Assembly (NCBI GenBank): GCA_964426725.1
Contig: CAYRRV010000010.1
Location: 155-64,154, forward strand
Origin: an uncultured Bacteroidales bacterium
Lineage (GTDB): Bacteria > Bacteroidota > Bacteroidia > Bacteroidales > CAYRRV01
DNA length: 64,000 nucleotides
Direction of reading: 5' to 3'
A program made the position numbers and the translations under genes. A model generated the notes under the pieces. That model saw nothing but the letters and a program-made list of their open reading frames with translations, was not told where the DNA came from and did no database searches. Of the stretch, positions 9,614 through 19,400 are shown one piece after another. Every line of letters starts with the position of its first letter. Positions within the stretch are counted from its first letter, which is position 1.

Positions 9614-10789
9614 ATGACAACCAATTTCGCGAGTAGTGTTTCTTTAATAAGCAACAACCCGTTCGAGCGACTTCCAATTCCTCTTAGAAACAAACTTGAA
9701 AATAATCCCGGGGCAATTCTTTTTGATCCACATTGCCATTTTTTTAATAATGATTACGTGCCCGACAAGTATTTTGGCTTACGAATCCCGGTGATTCATA
9801 ATAATAAAATACTGACCTGGCTTAGCAAATGGCTGCATATTATCAATCCATTTAACGATAACGATAAACTGGATCATTACGGCTATTTTATTTCGATGAT
9901 CAAGAACAATTCCATGCGACAGATTGCCGATTATTTTATTAAGATTCATCCTGTTAACTCGGTTTTTTGTCCACTGATGATGGATTTGGAACATGGCATT
10001 GGAGGCAACCCGGTAAAAAGCCTGGACGAACAAATGGATGAAATGAAAGCAATCCGGGACGATTATCCTGCAACTATTCTTCCTTTCATGGCGGTAAATC
10101 CCCTCAACAAACGAATGAAGGAATTGTTTATAAAGGCATTCTCGGATGAATACCGCTTTTTCGGTGTCAAACTTTATCCTTCTCTTGGTTTCATGCCTTC
10201 TCATCCCGACCTGATGGAAATTTACGCGGTTTGCGAAAAAAAGAATATCCCGGTTACCGTCCATTGCGGGGGTGAAGCCGTGGCTACCACCTCAAAAGAG
10301 CTAAATCTTAAATACATGGTGCTGGATGCCAACGGGAACCTGACAGAAGTAGAAAAATTTATAAAAATCAGTAAAAAAAAGGAAAGAGCAGCTTTCTTTA
10401 ATAATCCATCCAATTATGAACCTGTGCTGAGAACCTTTCCCAAGCTCAGGATTAATTTTGCGCATTTCGGCGGTAACAGAGGCTGGGCTGATTATCTCAA
10501 GAACAAGGATAATAACCGGGTAACCCGTATTATCGATTACATGATGCGGTACCCGAATGTTTACGCTGATATTTCATACATGTTCCATGAACAAAAAGTT
10601 TTGATTGCCCTGAAGGAACTTCTTGCCAAAAATTCCCTGGTATATGATCGTACCCTTTATGGTTCAGATTTTTACATGATAACAATCGAGGGCAGATTCA
10701 AGTACCTGCGTGCCAATCTTTATCTTACCCTGGGTAACGAGGTGTACAGGAAAATAGCCGGCGAAAACGTGAGGAATTTTTTATTTTGA
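9614..10789 (+). CDS. Metal-dependent amidohydrolase-fold (TIM-barrel) hydrolase
   Basis: Metal-ligand-like pattern 'DPHCHFF' ... 'VTVHCGG' ... 'NFAHFGG' ... 'LYGSDFYM'. Substrate unknown. Confidence 0.55.
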   Translation: MTTNFASSVSLISNNPFERLPIPLRNKLENNPGAILFDPHCHFFNNDYVPDKYFGLRIPVIHNNKILTWLSKWLHIINPFNDNDKLDHYGYFISMIKNNSMRQIADYFIKIHPVNSVFCPLMMDLEHGIGGNPVKSLDEQMDEMKAIRDDYPATILPFMAVNPLNKRMKELFIKAFSDEYRFFGVKLYPSLGFMPSHPDLMEIYAVCEKKNIPVTVHCGGEAVATTSKELNLKYMVLDANGNLTEVEKFIKISKKKERAAFFNNPSNYEPVLRTFPKLRINFAHFGGNRGWADYLKNKDNNRVTRIIDYMMRYPNVYADISYMFHEQKVLIALKELLAKNSLVYDRTLYGSDFYMITIEGRFKYLRANLYLTLGNEVYRKIAGENVRNFLF

Positions 10790-10882
10790 AACCGTTTTCA
10801 TCCGGTTTCGATCTCCATAATAATCCTTGGAGATAAAGGAGTATTCTATTATTAAGATGGTTTTGAACTTGATATTTCTACC

Positions 10883-10909
10883 AAAAAAAAGGCGACCTCC
10901 GGCCGCCTT
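10883..10909 (-). terminator. Intrinsic terminator after the peroxiredoxin gene
   Basis: Minus strand reads AAGGCGGCCGGAGGTCGCC followed by TTTTTTTT. GC stem with one mismatch. Confidence 0.65.
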
Positions 10910-10917
10910 ATACTTGT

Positions 10918-11640
10918 TTACTTCTTCTTGAGAATTTTCTTGTAAATCTCCTCCTTGTCGATTTCTCTCGTGCAGAAGAACCAATCGTAACACTTTACAT
11001 CTTGATCTTTTCCTTCCATCCGTTCTTTCGCGGTACCGCATGAACCTGCTGGTGGAACTATTACCTCGTCGCCTGGCCGCCAGTCGGCCGGGGTAGCTAC
11101 TTTAAACTCATCAGCAGTTTGCAGTGCAATAAGGACGCGGAGTAATTCATCAAAATTGCGTCCAATGCTAAGCGGGTAATAAATAATGGTTCTGATTATG
11201 CCCTTGGGATCAATAAAGAACACAGCTCTTACAGCTTTTGTCGTGTCTTCACCCGGCTGAATCATGCCATACTTCCGGGCCACGTCCATCTTGATATCCT
11301 CGATTAGGGGAAAAGTAACTTCCACGTCTTTCATTCCCTTGAACTCGATCTTTTCCTTGATGGTGCGTAACCAGGCGATATGACTATATAAACCATCCAC
11401 GGAAAGGCCGACCAGTTTACAATTGGCTTCCTCGAACTTCTCTTCCATGGTGGCAAAGGTCATGAACTCTGATGTACACACGGGGGTGAAATCGGCCGGG
11501 TGACTAAACAGTATTACCCATTGATCCTTGTAGTCGTGCGGGAAATGAATGACTCCCTGCGTGGTTTCTGCAACAAATTCCGGTGCCGGATCTCCAATAC
11601 GCGGCATCGCGTAAGCTTTCGTTTCAACAACTTCTTCCAT
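10918..11640 (-). CDS. Peroxiredoxin (Prx family, with a Cys-containing C-terminal extension)
   Basis: Peroxidatic site 'PADFTPVCTSEF'. C-terminal 'VKCYDWFFC' as seen in archaeal-type Prx. Confidence 0.85.
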   Translation of the reverse strand: MEEVVETKAYAMPRIGDPAPEFVAETTQGVIHFPHDYKDQWVILFSHPADFTPVCTSEFMTFATMEEKFEEANCKLVGLSVDGLYSHIAWLRTIKEKIEFKGMKDVEVTFPLIEDIKMDVARKYGMIQPGEDTTKAVRAVFFIDPKGIIRTIIYYPLSIGRNFDELLRVLIALQTADEFKVATPADWRPGDEVIVPPAGSCGTAKERMEGKDQDVKCYDWFFCTREIDKEEIYKKILKKK

Positions 11641-11839
11641 TTTTATTATAATTTGAATTAAACATTTAAAATACAGTATCTTCTACTCATTAAATAAAAT
11701 GTAAATAAAACATCCCTGTTTTTCTTATCTCATAAGAGGTTCGAAAATTATGTATAAACAAATTATAAATTAAATTGTTCACCGGCAGATTAAAACCTGT
11801 AATCAAATCCCTTTTCCCCTTCACCTTGTCTCTCCCTCT

Positions 11840-12700
11840 CTAATCCATCCTTGGTTTTTTTTCAAGGAATATACTTTCTTTTGATGAACCGGCCGCGTAG
11901 AAATACCCCATACCGTTAGGTTTGATATTGGTTTCAACATTCGCGGGAGGACCATCCCACGGGCTTCCCCGCCATACAGTCTCGAGCATAAGGCCTATAA
12001 TGAAGCTGTAATAACCTCTTGTTATAGTTAGTGATTCAAGCGTTACCAGTACCGAATCGCTTTGCACGTCATTTTCATGGATGAAATAAACCGGGAAATT
12101 TTTTATGTAATTCCCGTCCACGAAAGCATCATCCACGAACATGCTTTCAAAAATGGTGTCATTGTAAAGCTCGTTGTTCATGTAAAGGTTCCACAGGTAA
12201 TAATCGCCACTACCCGCGGGCTCGGGACCATGATATAAGATGTCGTAACCATATCCCATCGCGTTGGTCGTGAAATCAAAATGGTTGTAATTGCCCGACT
12301 GGGTTACGGAATCAACATAAATAACACCGGGCATGGTTTCGGAAGCAGTGAAATGCTGACCATCGCGGGTAACAACATCCAGGGTATAGGTATTACCAGG
12401 AATGCCGTAAACCACGGGGGCTGTTTTGTAAATGCCGGGTTCAGATTCATCCAGTTGAAATACCTGGTCGCCATCAGATATTGTTACCGTTGCTCCTGTT
12501 TCCATATCGCGTGCTTCAAGGGTGAAAAAACTCGTGGTCCACGAGAGAGTAACAGAATGAGACATTGTATCGGAAGTAATACACCCTTCCACGACAAGTT
12601 TCTTTTGCTTTTTGCCCTCGATCTCGATATCCATTTTTTCCTCGCATCCTGTAATGGCAAGGATAAACATTAACCCGAATAAAATGCTGTTTTTGAACAT
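11840..12700 (-). CDS. DUF4249-like lipoprotein partnered with the upstream TonB-dependent receptor
   Basis: Lipobox 'LAITGC'. About 286 aa, lying 12 nt downstream of a CarboxypepD_reg-type TBDR, which is the usual DUF4249 context. The family assignment is from memory. Confidence 0.55.
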   Translation of the reverse strand: MFKNSILFGLMFILAITGCEEKMDIEIEGKKQKKLVVEGCITSDTMSHSVTLSWTTSFFTLEARDMETGATVTISDGDQVFQLDESEPGIYKTAPVVYGIPGNTYTLDVVTRDGQHFTASETMPGVIYVDSVTQSGNYNHFDFTTNAMGYGYDILYHGPEPAGSGDYYLWNLYMNNELYNDTIFESMFVDDAFVDGNYIKNFPVYFIHENDVQSDSVLVTLESLTITRGYYSFIIGLMLETVWRGSPWDGPPANVETNIKPNGMGYFYAAGSSKESIFLEKKPRMD

Positions 12701-12712
12701 GACGCTGTAATT

Positions 12713-15094
12713 TTAAAATTTAATATTAAAAGTAACCGATGGAATAACAGGGAAGAGGTATAGTTTAATTACATCTACTCTTTTGCCCTCTGAATTTTCT
12801 TCTTTCACGTGAGCGGAATTTTTATCCCTGTAATACACGGCAAATGCATTGTGCCTGTTGTACACGTTATAAACGGAGAGATTAAGGTTGCTCTCGAATT
12901 TTTTGAAAGTTTTGAAATGCCAGGTGGCCGATATGTCCATGCGGTGGTAGTCGGTTCCTGGTATTCTTACAGAATTTCTTTCAGAGTATTGTGGTATCCA
13001 CACGTTCCCGTAGTAATACCCGCCTACCGGCACGCTTACAGGGTTAGCCGAGGTGTACACCCAGTTGGTAGCAAAGTGCCACTTGTCGTTTAACTCGTAC
13101 GACACCATGAGCGAAAAATTATGGGGCTTATCGTAAGGAGGGGAGTATTTTTTTCCCTGGTTTACTTCAGGTATCTCCCTGAAAGCCCTTGCCCAGGTAT
13201 AGCTCAACCAGCCGGTAACTGATCCCGTGTTTTTTTTAAGCATGAACTCTGTGCCATAGGCGTGGGTTTCACCAAACCTGAGTTCCCCTTCCAAAAATTG
13301 GTTAGGAACCAGGTAAGCATGATCTTTGAAATCAATGGAATTATACATTTTCTTGTAATACACCTCCACGGATCCCTCCAGGGTGTTATCCAGAAAATTT
13401 CTGAAATACCCCACTGCCAACTGGTCTGCCTTTTGAGGTTTCACGTTAGGGCTGCTCATGAACCACATGTCGAGCGGGAACGATGCGGTCGTATTCGAGG
13501 CCAGGTGCATGTACTGAAAGGTGCGGTTATAGCTTGCCTTCACGGAATTTTTATCATTAATCATGTATCGGATACCCATTCTCGGGGCCAACCCGTGATA
13601 GTTTTGAAAAAAATCGCCTTTTTCGTGCCAGGTGGTATCTGACACCAGGTAATTACCAGTTTCCGGTTCTTTCTGGTAACTGTATATTGTTCCCTCACCC
13701 ACGTTATGAAAAGTAGAGAACCTTAACCCCAGCATGTAAGAAAGTTTATCAGTTATATTATGTTCCAGGCTGGCAAAAACCCCGTTTTCAAGCCCGTAAG
13801 CCTCAGGGTATTCCAGCGCGCTGATAAAACTATCATCTCCCGTGGACTCCGAAACACCTGGTTTCAGCACGTGATAAGTTGATTGAAACCCGAATTTCAA
13901 GTTAATCCCCGGCGTGATGTACCATGTATAATCGTTTTTAATGCTATAATCGATGATATTAGAAACCCACCTGAAACCAACGCTACCTTGCGGAACCCCC
14001 AAATCGTACTTGAAATTGCTGTAAATGAGGGTGGTATTGGAAAACAGGTTGTTGTTGTACACGTGGTTCCATCGTATTGTACCCGTGCTGTTCCCGTAAT
14101 TCATGCTAAACATATCACCAAAACGGTTCACGTCTTTCCCAAAATACCCGGACACAAAAAGACGGTTTTTCTCATCGAACTTGTAGTTGAATTTAGCGTT
14201 CAGGTCGTAAAAGAAGACCTTCGACTTTTGTGCCATGGTATCTTTAGCGAGAGGTAGCATTAAGTCGGCATAGGTTCGCCGGCCCGAGATCATGAAGGAG
14301 GCCTTATTGTTGAAAACAGGTCCGTCTAACGTGAAACGGCTGGAAATAGATCCAATTCCCCCCTCGGCTTTCAGTTTACGGGTATTTCCTTCTTTCATCC
14401 AGACATCAAGCACCGAGGAGAGCCTGCCACCATATTCTGCAGGTATGCCACCCTTGTATAATTCAACATGTTTGAGGGCATCACCGTTAAATACCGAGAA
14501 AAAGCCGAACAAGTGGGAAGGATTATATACAGTTGCACCATCCAGCAGGATCAGGTTTTGATCGACATTACCCCCTCTCACGTAAAAACCACTTGAACCT
14601 TCCACGCTGTTTTGTACGCCAGGCAATAGTTGTATTGATTTTATCACGTCGACCTCACCCATCAAAACAGGAATTTTTTTTATGGTTTTGGTGGTTAGCC
14701 GTTCCGTGCTCATGGTAATTTCACGCACGTTGGCATCTTTTTTTCGGGCGGTGATTTTTACCTCTTCAATTTCTTCGGAAGCAGGAATAAGCCGAATATT
14801 AAGGTTTATATCTTTTTCGTTAAGGGTAATCATTTTCTCGATAGGCTCGTAACCCACGAAAGAGAAATTTACCCGGTACTCTCCAGGCGGCATTCGCAAA
14901 GAGTAATAACCGTATATATTTGTGACTACCCCGGCGGAGAGATTTGGGATATAAATCGCGGCGCCAATGAGCGCTTCACCGTTTTCATCCGTAACATAGC
15001 CGTTAATACTGAATCTCCTGTCTTCAACCCCACGTGCCGGGCTGGTCAGTGTAAAGGCTAACAAAAGCATCAAAATTGTTTTCATTGTTTTCAT
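12713..15094 (-). CDS. TonB-dependent receptor with N-terminal carboxypeptidase-regulatory-like domain
   Basis: 'INGYVTDENGEALIGAAIYI...YRVNFSFVGYE' (CarboxypepD_reg). Plug 'GFYVRGGNVDQNLILLDGATVYN'. Long amphipathic barrel ending in a terminal Phe. Confidence 0.9.
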   Translation of the reverse strand: MKTMKTILMLLLAFTLTSPARGVEDRRFSINGYVTDENGEALIGAAIYIPNLSAGVVTNIYGYYSLRMPPGEYRVNFSFVGYEPIEKMITLNEKDINLNIRLIPASEEIEEVKITARKKDANVREITMSTERLTTKTIKKIPVLMGEVDVIKSIQLLPGVQNSVEGSSGFYVRGGNVDQNLILLDGATVYNPSHLFGFFSVFNGDALKHVELYKGGIPAEYGGRLSSVLDVWMKEGNTRKLKAEGGIGSISSRFTLDGPVFNNKASFMISGRRTYADLMLPLAKDTMAQKSKVFFYDLNAKFNYKFDEKNRLFVSGYFGKDVNRFGDMFSMNYGNSTGTIRWNHVYNNNLFSNTTLIYSNFKYDLGVPQGSVGFRWVSNIIDYSIKNDYTWYITPGINLKFGFQSTYHVLKPGVSESTGDDSFISALEYPEAYGLENGVFASLEHNITDKLSYMLGLRFSTFHNVGEGTIYSYQKEPETGNYLVSDTTWHEKGDFFQNYHGLAPRMGIRYMINDKNSVKASYNRTFQYMHLASNTTASFPLDMWFMSSPNVKPQKADQLAVGYFRNFLDNTLEGSVEVYYKKMYNSIDFKDHAYLVPNQFLEGELRFGETHAYGTEFMLKKNTGSVTGWLSYTWARAFREIPEVNQGKKYSPPYDKPHNFSLMVSYELNDKWHFATNWVYTSANPVSVPVGGYYYGNVWIPQYSERNSVRIPGTDYHRMDISATWHFKTFKKFESNLNLSVYNVYNRHNAFAVYYRDKNSAHVKEENSEGKRVDVIKLYLFPVIPSVTFNIKF

Positions 15095-15126
15095 GTCAGG
15101 TAATAAGTTGAAAATTTAATATATGA

Positions 15127-15134
15127 CAAAAATA
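15127..15134 (-). promoter_or_regulatory. -7 box (TATTTTTG on the minus strand) for the TBDR/DUF4249 unit
   Basis: The plus strand reads CAAAAATA, 33 nt upstream of the ATG at 15094. Confidence 0.4.
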
Positions 15135-15485
15135 GAACGCGGATGAACCCGTAAAAATATCGAATCGGTAAATCAGGTATAATATTCGGTAAAGTGAACC
15201 GCGATTGGGAGTTATTTTTCGTTAGTGAGGATAAGGGGTACCGAATAGCTCGACGCTTTAGCCCGGGGGTATAAAGAAATATCCCGAAATTATTATCCCC
15301 CTTCATCCAGGTAATTCCCGGGTTACAGACCATCTCCCGTCCACCAAGTAACGCGAAGGCTCCCGTCTTCCCACTCGGGATGACAATCAATCACCATTTA
15401 TATCAATAATTATCTTTTCATTTTTTTCATTTCAAACCACGAGATTTTCAAAATCCCGGAATAAATAATTATAAAAACAATCAAA

Positions 15486-16400
15486 ATGAAGACACGGTAT
15501 TTGATTTTTTTGATGTGCATGGTAGCCTCTTCATGGTTTACCGCGGGAGCTCAATTTTCCGGCCATGGTATATTGGAGGATTATTTTGAAAAGGTTAGGA
15601 TCGGGGAGGCGTACAAGTTACCCCCGGTAGGTGATATACCGGTCACGCCCCGTACAATAGAAACGATAATCCCTTACCTGTCAGATACCCTGCCCCGGGT
15701 GCAACTGGAGGGCTGCCGGCTGTTGCATTTGGTATTTCGGGGAGCTGTTGACAGCCTCAACCGGCAAAAGGTTTTAACTCTTTTATGCAAGACAGCCGCT
15801 GGTTTGCCTCCTCCAAAGAGCCGGGTATGTTTAGGGTGGCTGACAGGTTACCGGGCGGGTGATTTTACAAACGAGGCCTGCTATTACCTGGTACAGGTAG
15901 CCCGACAAAAAAACAGCGCGTTTAGCATGGCTGTTAAGCTCGCGGCCTTCGCGGGCAGCACCGAAATACGTTACCTGGCACGAGGTTTTCAACGCGATAC
16001 CATGTTAATGCCCCGCGACCGTTTTGCTGCCAGTTTGGCACTGGCGAGAATGGGGGAGAAGAAAGCCATAAAGAGCATTCTTCAGTGGGTGAGAACGTTG
16101 CCGGTAGGAGATGACCTGGTACATGAAATTGTACCCGGCCTTGTTTACACCCGGCAGCCGGAAATATATGATTTCCTGTACGATATTATTCTCGCTGAAG
16201 AAAAAAACTGTTACTCTGTTAACCCGAACAGCACGGGGAAAATACCCTGCGCGTACGAGGTGATACATTTTCTGGCACCCGGTATAGAAAACTTCCCCGT
16301 CACGGGCGATAACCTTTACACCGAAGCTGTCCTTCGTGAAACAAGAGAATGGATCATGGAAAACAAGAGCCGGGCAATAATAAACCGCAGTACATATTGA
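15486..16400 (+). CDS. Secreted hypothetical protein with HEAT/ARM-like repeats (locus gene A)
   Basis: Signal peptide 'MKTRYLIFLMCMVASSWFTAGAQ'. Helical repeat-like segments such as 'LALARMGEKKAIKSILQWV'. Its stop lies 2 nt before the next ATG. Confidence 0.5.
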   Translation: MKTRYLIFLMCMVASSWFTAGAQFSGHGILEDYFEKVRIGEAYKLPPVGDIPVTPRTIETIIPYLSDTLPRVQLEGCRLLHLVFRGAVDSLNRQKVLTLLCKTAAGLPPPKSRVCLGWLTGYRAGDFTNEACYYLVQVARQKNSAFSMAVKLAAFAGSTEIRYLARGFQRDTMLMPRDRFAASLALARMGEKKAIKSILQWVRTLPVGDDLVHEIVPGLVYTRQPEIYDFLYDIILAEEKNCYSVNPNSTGKIPCAYEVIHFLAPGIENFPVTGDNLYTEAVLRETREWIMENKSRAIINRSTY

Positions 16401-16402
16401 AT

Positions 16403-19400
16403 ATGAGAAAAAATTGTTTGCTGATAATATGTATTTTTTTACACCTCGCGGGTTGGACTGGCGTGGTTCCGGTTCAAGTGAACGAACCGGGATCCGGAAA
16501 CGCCGAATTCGCGTATCCCTTGCTTTCGGCTGGTATTTTTCTGCCGCAGAACCACAAGACCATCGACGAGATAGAAACCCTGTCCAACGAGATTCATGCT
16601 TCGGAAAGATATATTGACAGGTTGGATTCAGGAGCGTTTTTTAATCTTCCGATTGGTTTAACGAGTGGTTCAAACGAAGACCCGGCTTACACGATATTAA
16701 TCAGTAGCATGACCCTTACTCCTGGTGGTGCCTATTTTGATGCTTTCATGATGTTTAAAAATCCGGTTGACGGGAAGCCTGTTGCTTTTGAAGCTCTGAA
16801 TGTTCCTTTTTCATTCAGGGGAGGATTACAGGGAATAGTAAGGATGGAACTGGTAAGTGAGGTTGCTATAAAGGCAACCCGGGAAATAGACATAAAGATT
16901 CTGCCCGGTACCTTTGTTGAATTTGGTTGTGGTGGTTTTCAGCAAATGGGTTTATTTGGAAACTTGTTGTTTGAAAACAGTACCTTTATCAAGGTAGACA
17001 GCAAGGGTAATGACCTGAATGAACCCCTGCAGGCTTTTTTTGAAACCACGGCGAAAAGTTTTTCTGATTTAACCTTTTCACTTTCACTGGATCGATTTAG
17101 ACTAAAGTGTTTACCACATCTATATTTTACCTGCAAGGATCTTACGGCTGATTTTAGTGATAATATGAACCCGCCTGCAATAGTGTTTCCCGATAATTAT
17201 GCCATGACAGTGACCGGAGCTGATGAAATGTGGAAGGGAATTTATATCGGTCAGGCCGCGGTTACCCTTGGAGGACCTTTCAGCCAGGAAGATAAAGAGG
17301 AATTAACATTATCTGCATATAGTCTTTTAATTGATGAAAATGGTTTCACAGGCACATTTGGAGTAGAAAATCTCGCTTCAATGGGAGCGCTTAACATGGA
17401 TGGCTGGCCATTTTCAATTAATGATTTTCAAATCGATTTTATTAATAGCCATATTTCATCAGGCATGTTTAGTGGAAAACTAAATGTTCCATTCTTTGGC
17501 GATGAAAATCAACTTAATTACAAGGCCCTGATATCTTCGGGAGGTGAATACTTTTTTACGGTGAAACCTGAAAATAATCTTCAGTTTCCTGCTTTTGGAA
17601 ATTCTTCACTTGAATTGGCCAATACCTCAGTAATTGAAGTAAGTATTATTGATGATAAATTTATCCCTGAAGCAAATCTGAACGGGCGATTGAATCTGAA
17701 TTGTCCGATTTCTGATGGAGATAAAGGACTGAATTTCAAAGGTATGGCATTTCAGGGAATGCGCCTGGCCACGGTAGAACCCTTAATGACAATTGATTAT
17801 TTAGCCTACTCGGGGGATGAAAAAGGAAAATTTTCTGGATTTCCTATCACGATAAAAAGCCTGGAATTGATAAACCGGGAAGATGATTACGTTTTAAATA
17901 TTCATTCCGTAGTTAATTTCTCCAAATCATCAGAAGAAGGATTTGGTGGAGAATCTTTAATTGGAATTGTCTCTCAAAAGGATAATAACAAATTAAAATA
18001 CAAATCCGCTGAAATTGGAATGATAAAAGTCTCCTTCTCTAAGCCCAAAGCTTTCAGTATTGAAGGAGAAATAGCTTTTGCAAAAGGCGATGCAGTTTAC
18101 GGGAATGGTTTCCGGGGTTATTTACACGCCACATTTACTGAAAGATTTGAAGTAGAAGCCTTAGCTGTTTTTGGAAGTATAAATAACTCACGATATTTCT
18201 TCGTAGATGCAGCATTTATGGCAGATCCGGGGATAAAGGCTGGTCCAATAAATTTTAATGGTTTCATGGGTGGTTTGTATAAACACATGTCACAGAAAGT
18301 TGGTAATAATTCCGGTAGTCAGTCTTTTGGAAAATCATTATCAGGTATTACTTATCTTCCTGATCCAAATATAGGAATAGGAATAAAAGCCGGTGTAAAA
18401 TTTGGTCTTATTTCAAAACAATTAATTGACGCGGATGCATGTTTCGAAATTGTTTTTGAAAAGTCTGGTGGATTAAAACAAATCCTCTTCACCGGGAATG
18501 CCAAGTGCATAACTCCGGAGGTTCCATTTAATGCTTCTCAAGCTACTGATAAGTTATTGAAAATGGTTTCAAAGGGTAGAGAAATAAATGTGCCTGCCGG
18601 GCTTGTTACTGCTACCATCGATTTGGAAATGAACTTTGACAAGGAAGATTTCCATGGAGAACTGGTTACTTATATTAATGTTGGTAGTTTTATACGGGGT
18701 GTAAACCCGGGGGGAATGGCGGGAAAAAGTGTAATTCATTTCGATCATGAAAAATGGTATTTGCATATTGGATCACCCCAATATCCATTGGGTATTGAAT
18801 ATGCCGGGATAATGAGAACAGGAACATACTTCATGGCTGGTCACGATTTACCAACAACGTTGCCAACTAACGAGAAACTTTTGTCTCACATGAGTTTCAG
18901 TGAGGATGATTTTTGTAAACAGAGAAATTCAAATATTCTGGAAGGTGGTAAAGGTTTTGCCTTTGGAACCAATTTTGAGTTATCTACCGGCGATCTTACA
19001 TTTCTAATTTTTTACGGAAGTTTCGAAATTGGTGCCGGTTTTGATATGATGTTGCTCGATTATGGCAGTAAGGCTTATTGCGATGGGTTTTCTCCTCCAG
19101 TTGGAATCAATGGATGGTATGCCGATGGACAGGCTTATGCCTACCTGGCGGGAAAAATCGGATTAACAGCAAAATTATTGGGTAAACAAAAAAAGTTCGA
19201 GATATTGAGCATATCATCAGGTGCACTGCTCAATTTACAGGGCCCGAATCCTTTTTACATGCAAGGTTTCGTGTCAGGCAATTATAACATCTTAAACGGG
19301 ATTATCAGCGGAACATGCAGGTTCAAGGTTGAGGCCGGCGAAAAATGCGAAATCATGACCGGGAACGATGATGTGGAGATGGAAATTATCGGGGATATTA

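Noticed and set aside
9339-9617. A 92-aa ORF upstream of the amidohydrolase.
   Set aside because: It lies in AT-rich intergenic DNA and gives an F/I/L-rich translation typical of a random AT-rich frame. It has no motif and no -7 box, so it is more likely part of the long leader or promoter region.
15091-15390. A 99-aa minus-strand ORF, and the idea of a cobalamin or TPP riboswitch in front of the TonB-dependent receptor.
   Set aside because: I found no B12 box and no CUGAGA / ACCUGAUCUGGAUAAUGCC-type TPP core in the reverse complement. The best -7 box for the receptor (15127-15134) lies downstream of the GC-rich segment, so it would not be in that mRNA. The ORF has no motif.
16349-16402. The track's start for the 1505-aa ORF, which lies inside gene A.
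   Set aside because: The first 18 codons overlap the 3' end of gene A and are hydrophilic. The internal 'MRKNCLLIICIFLHLAGW' at 16403 gives a proper signal or anchor sequence 2 nt after the gene A stop.
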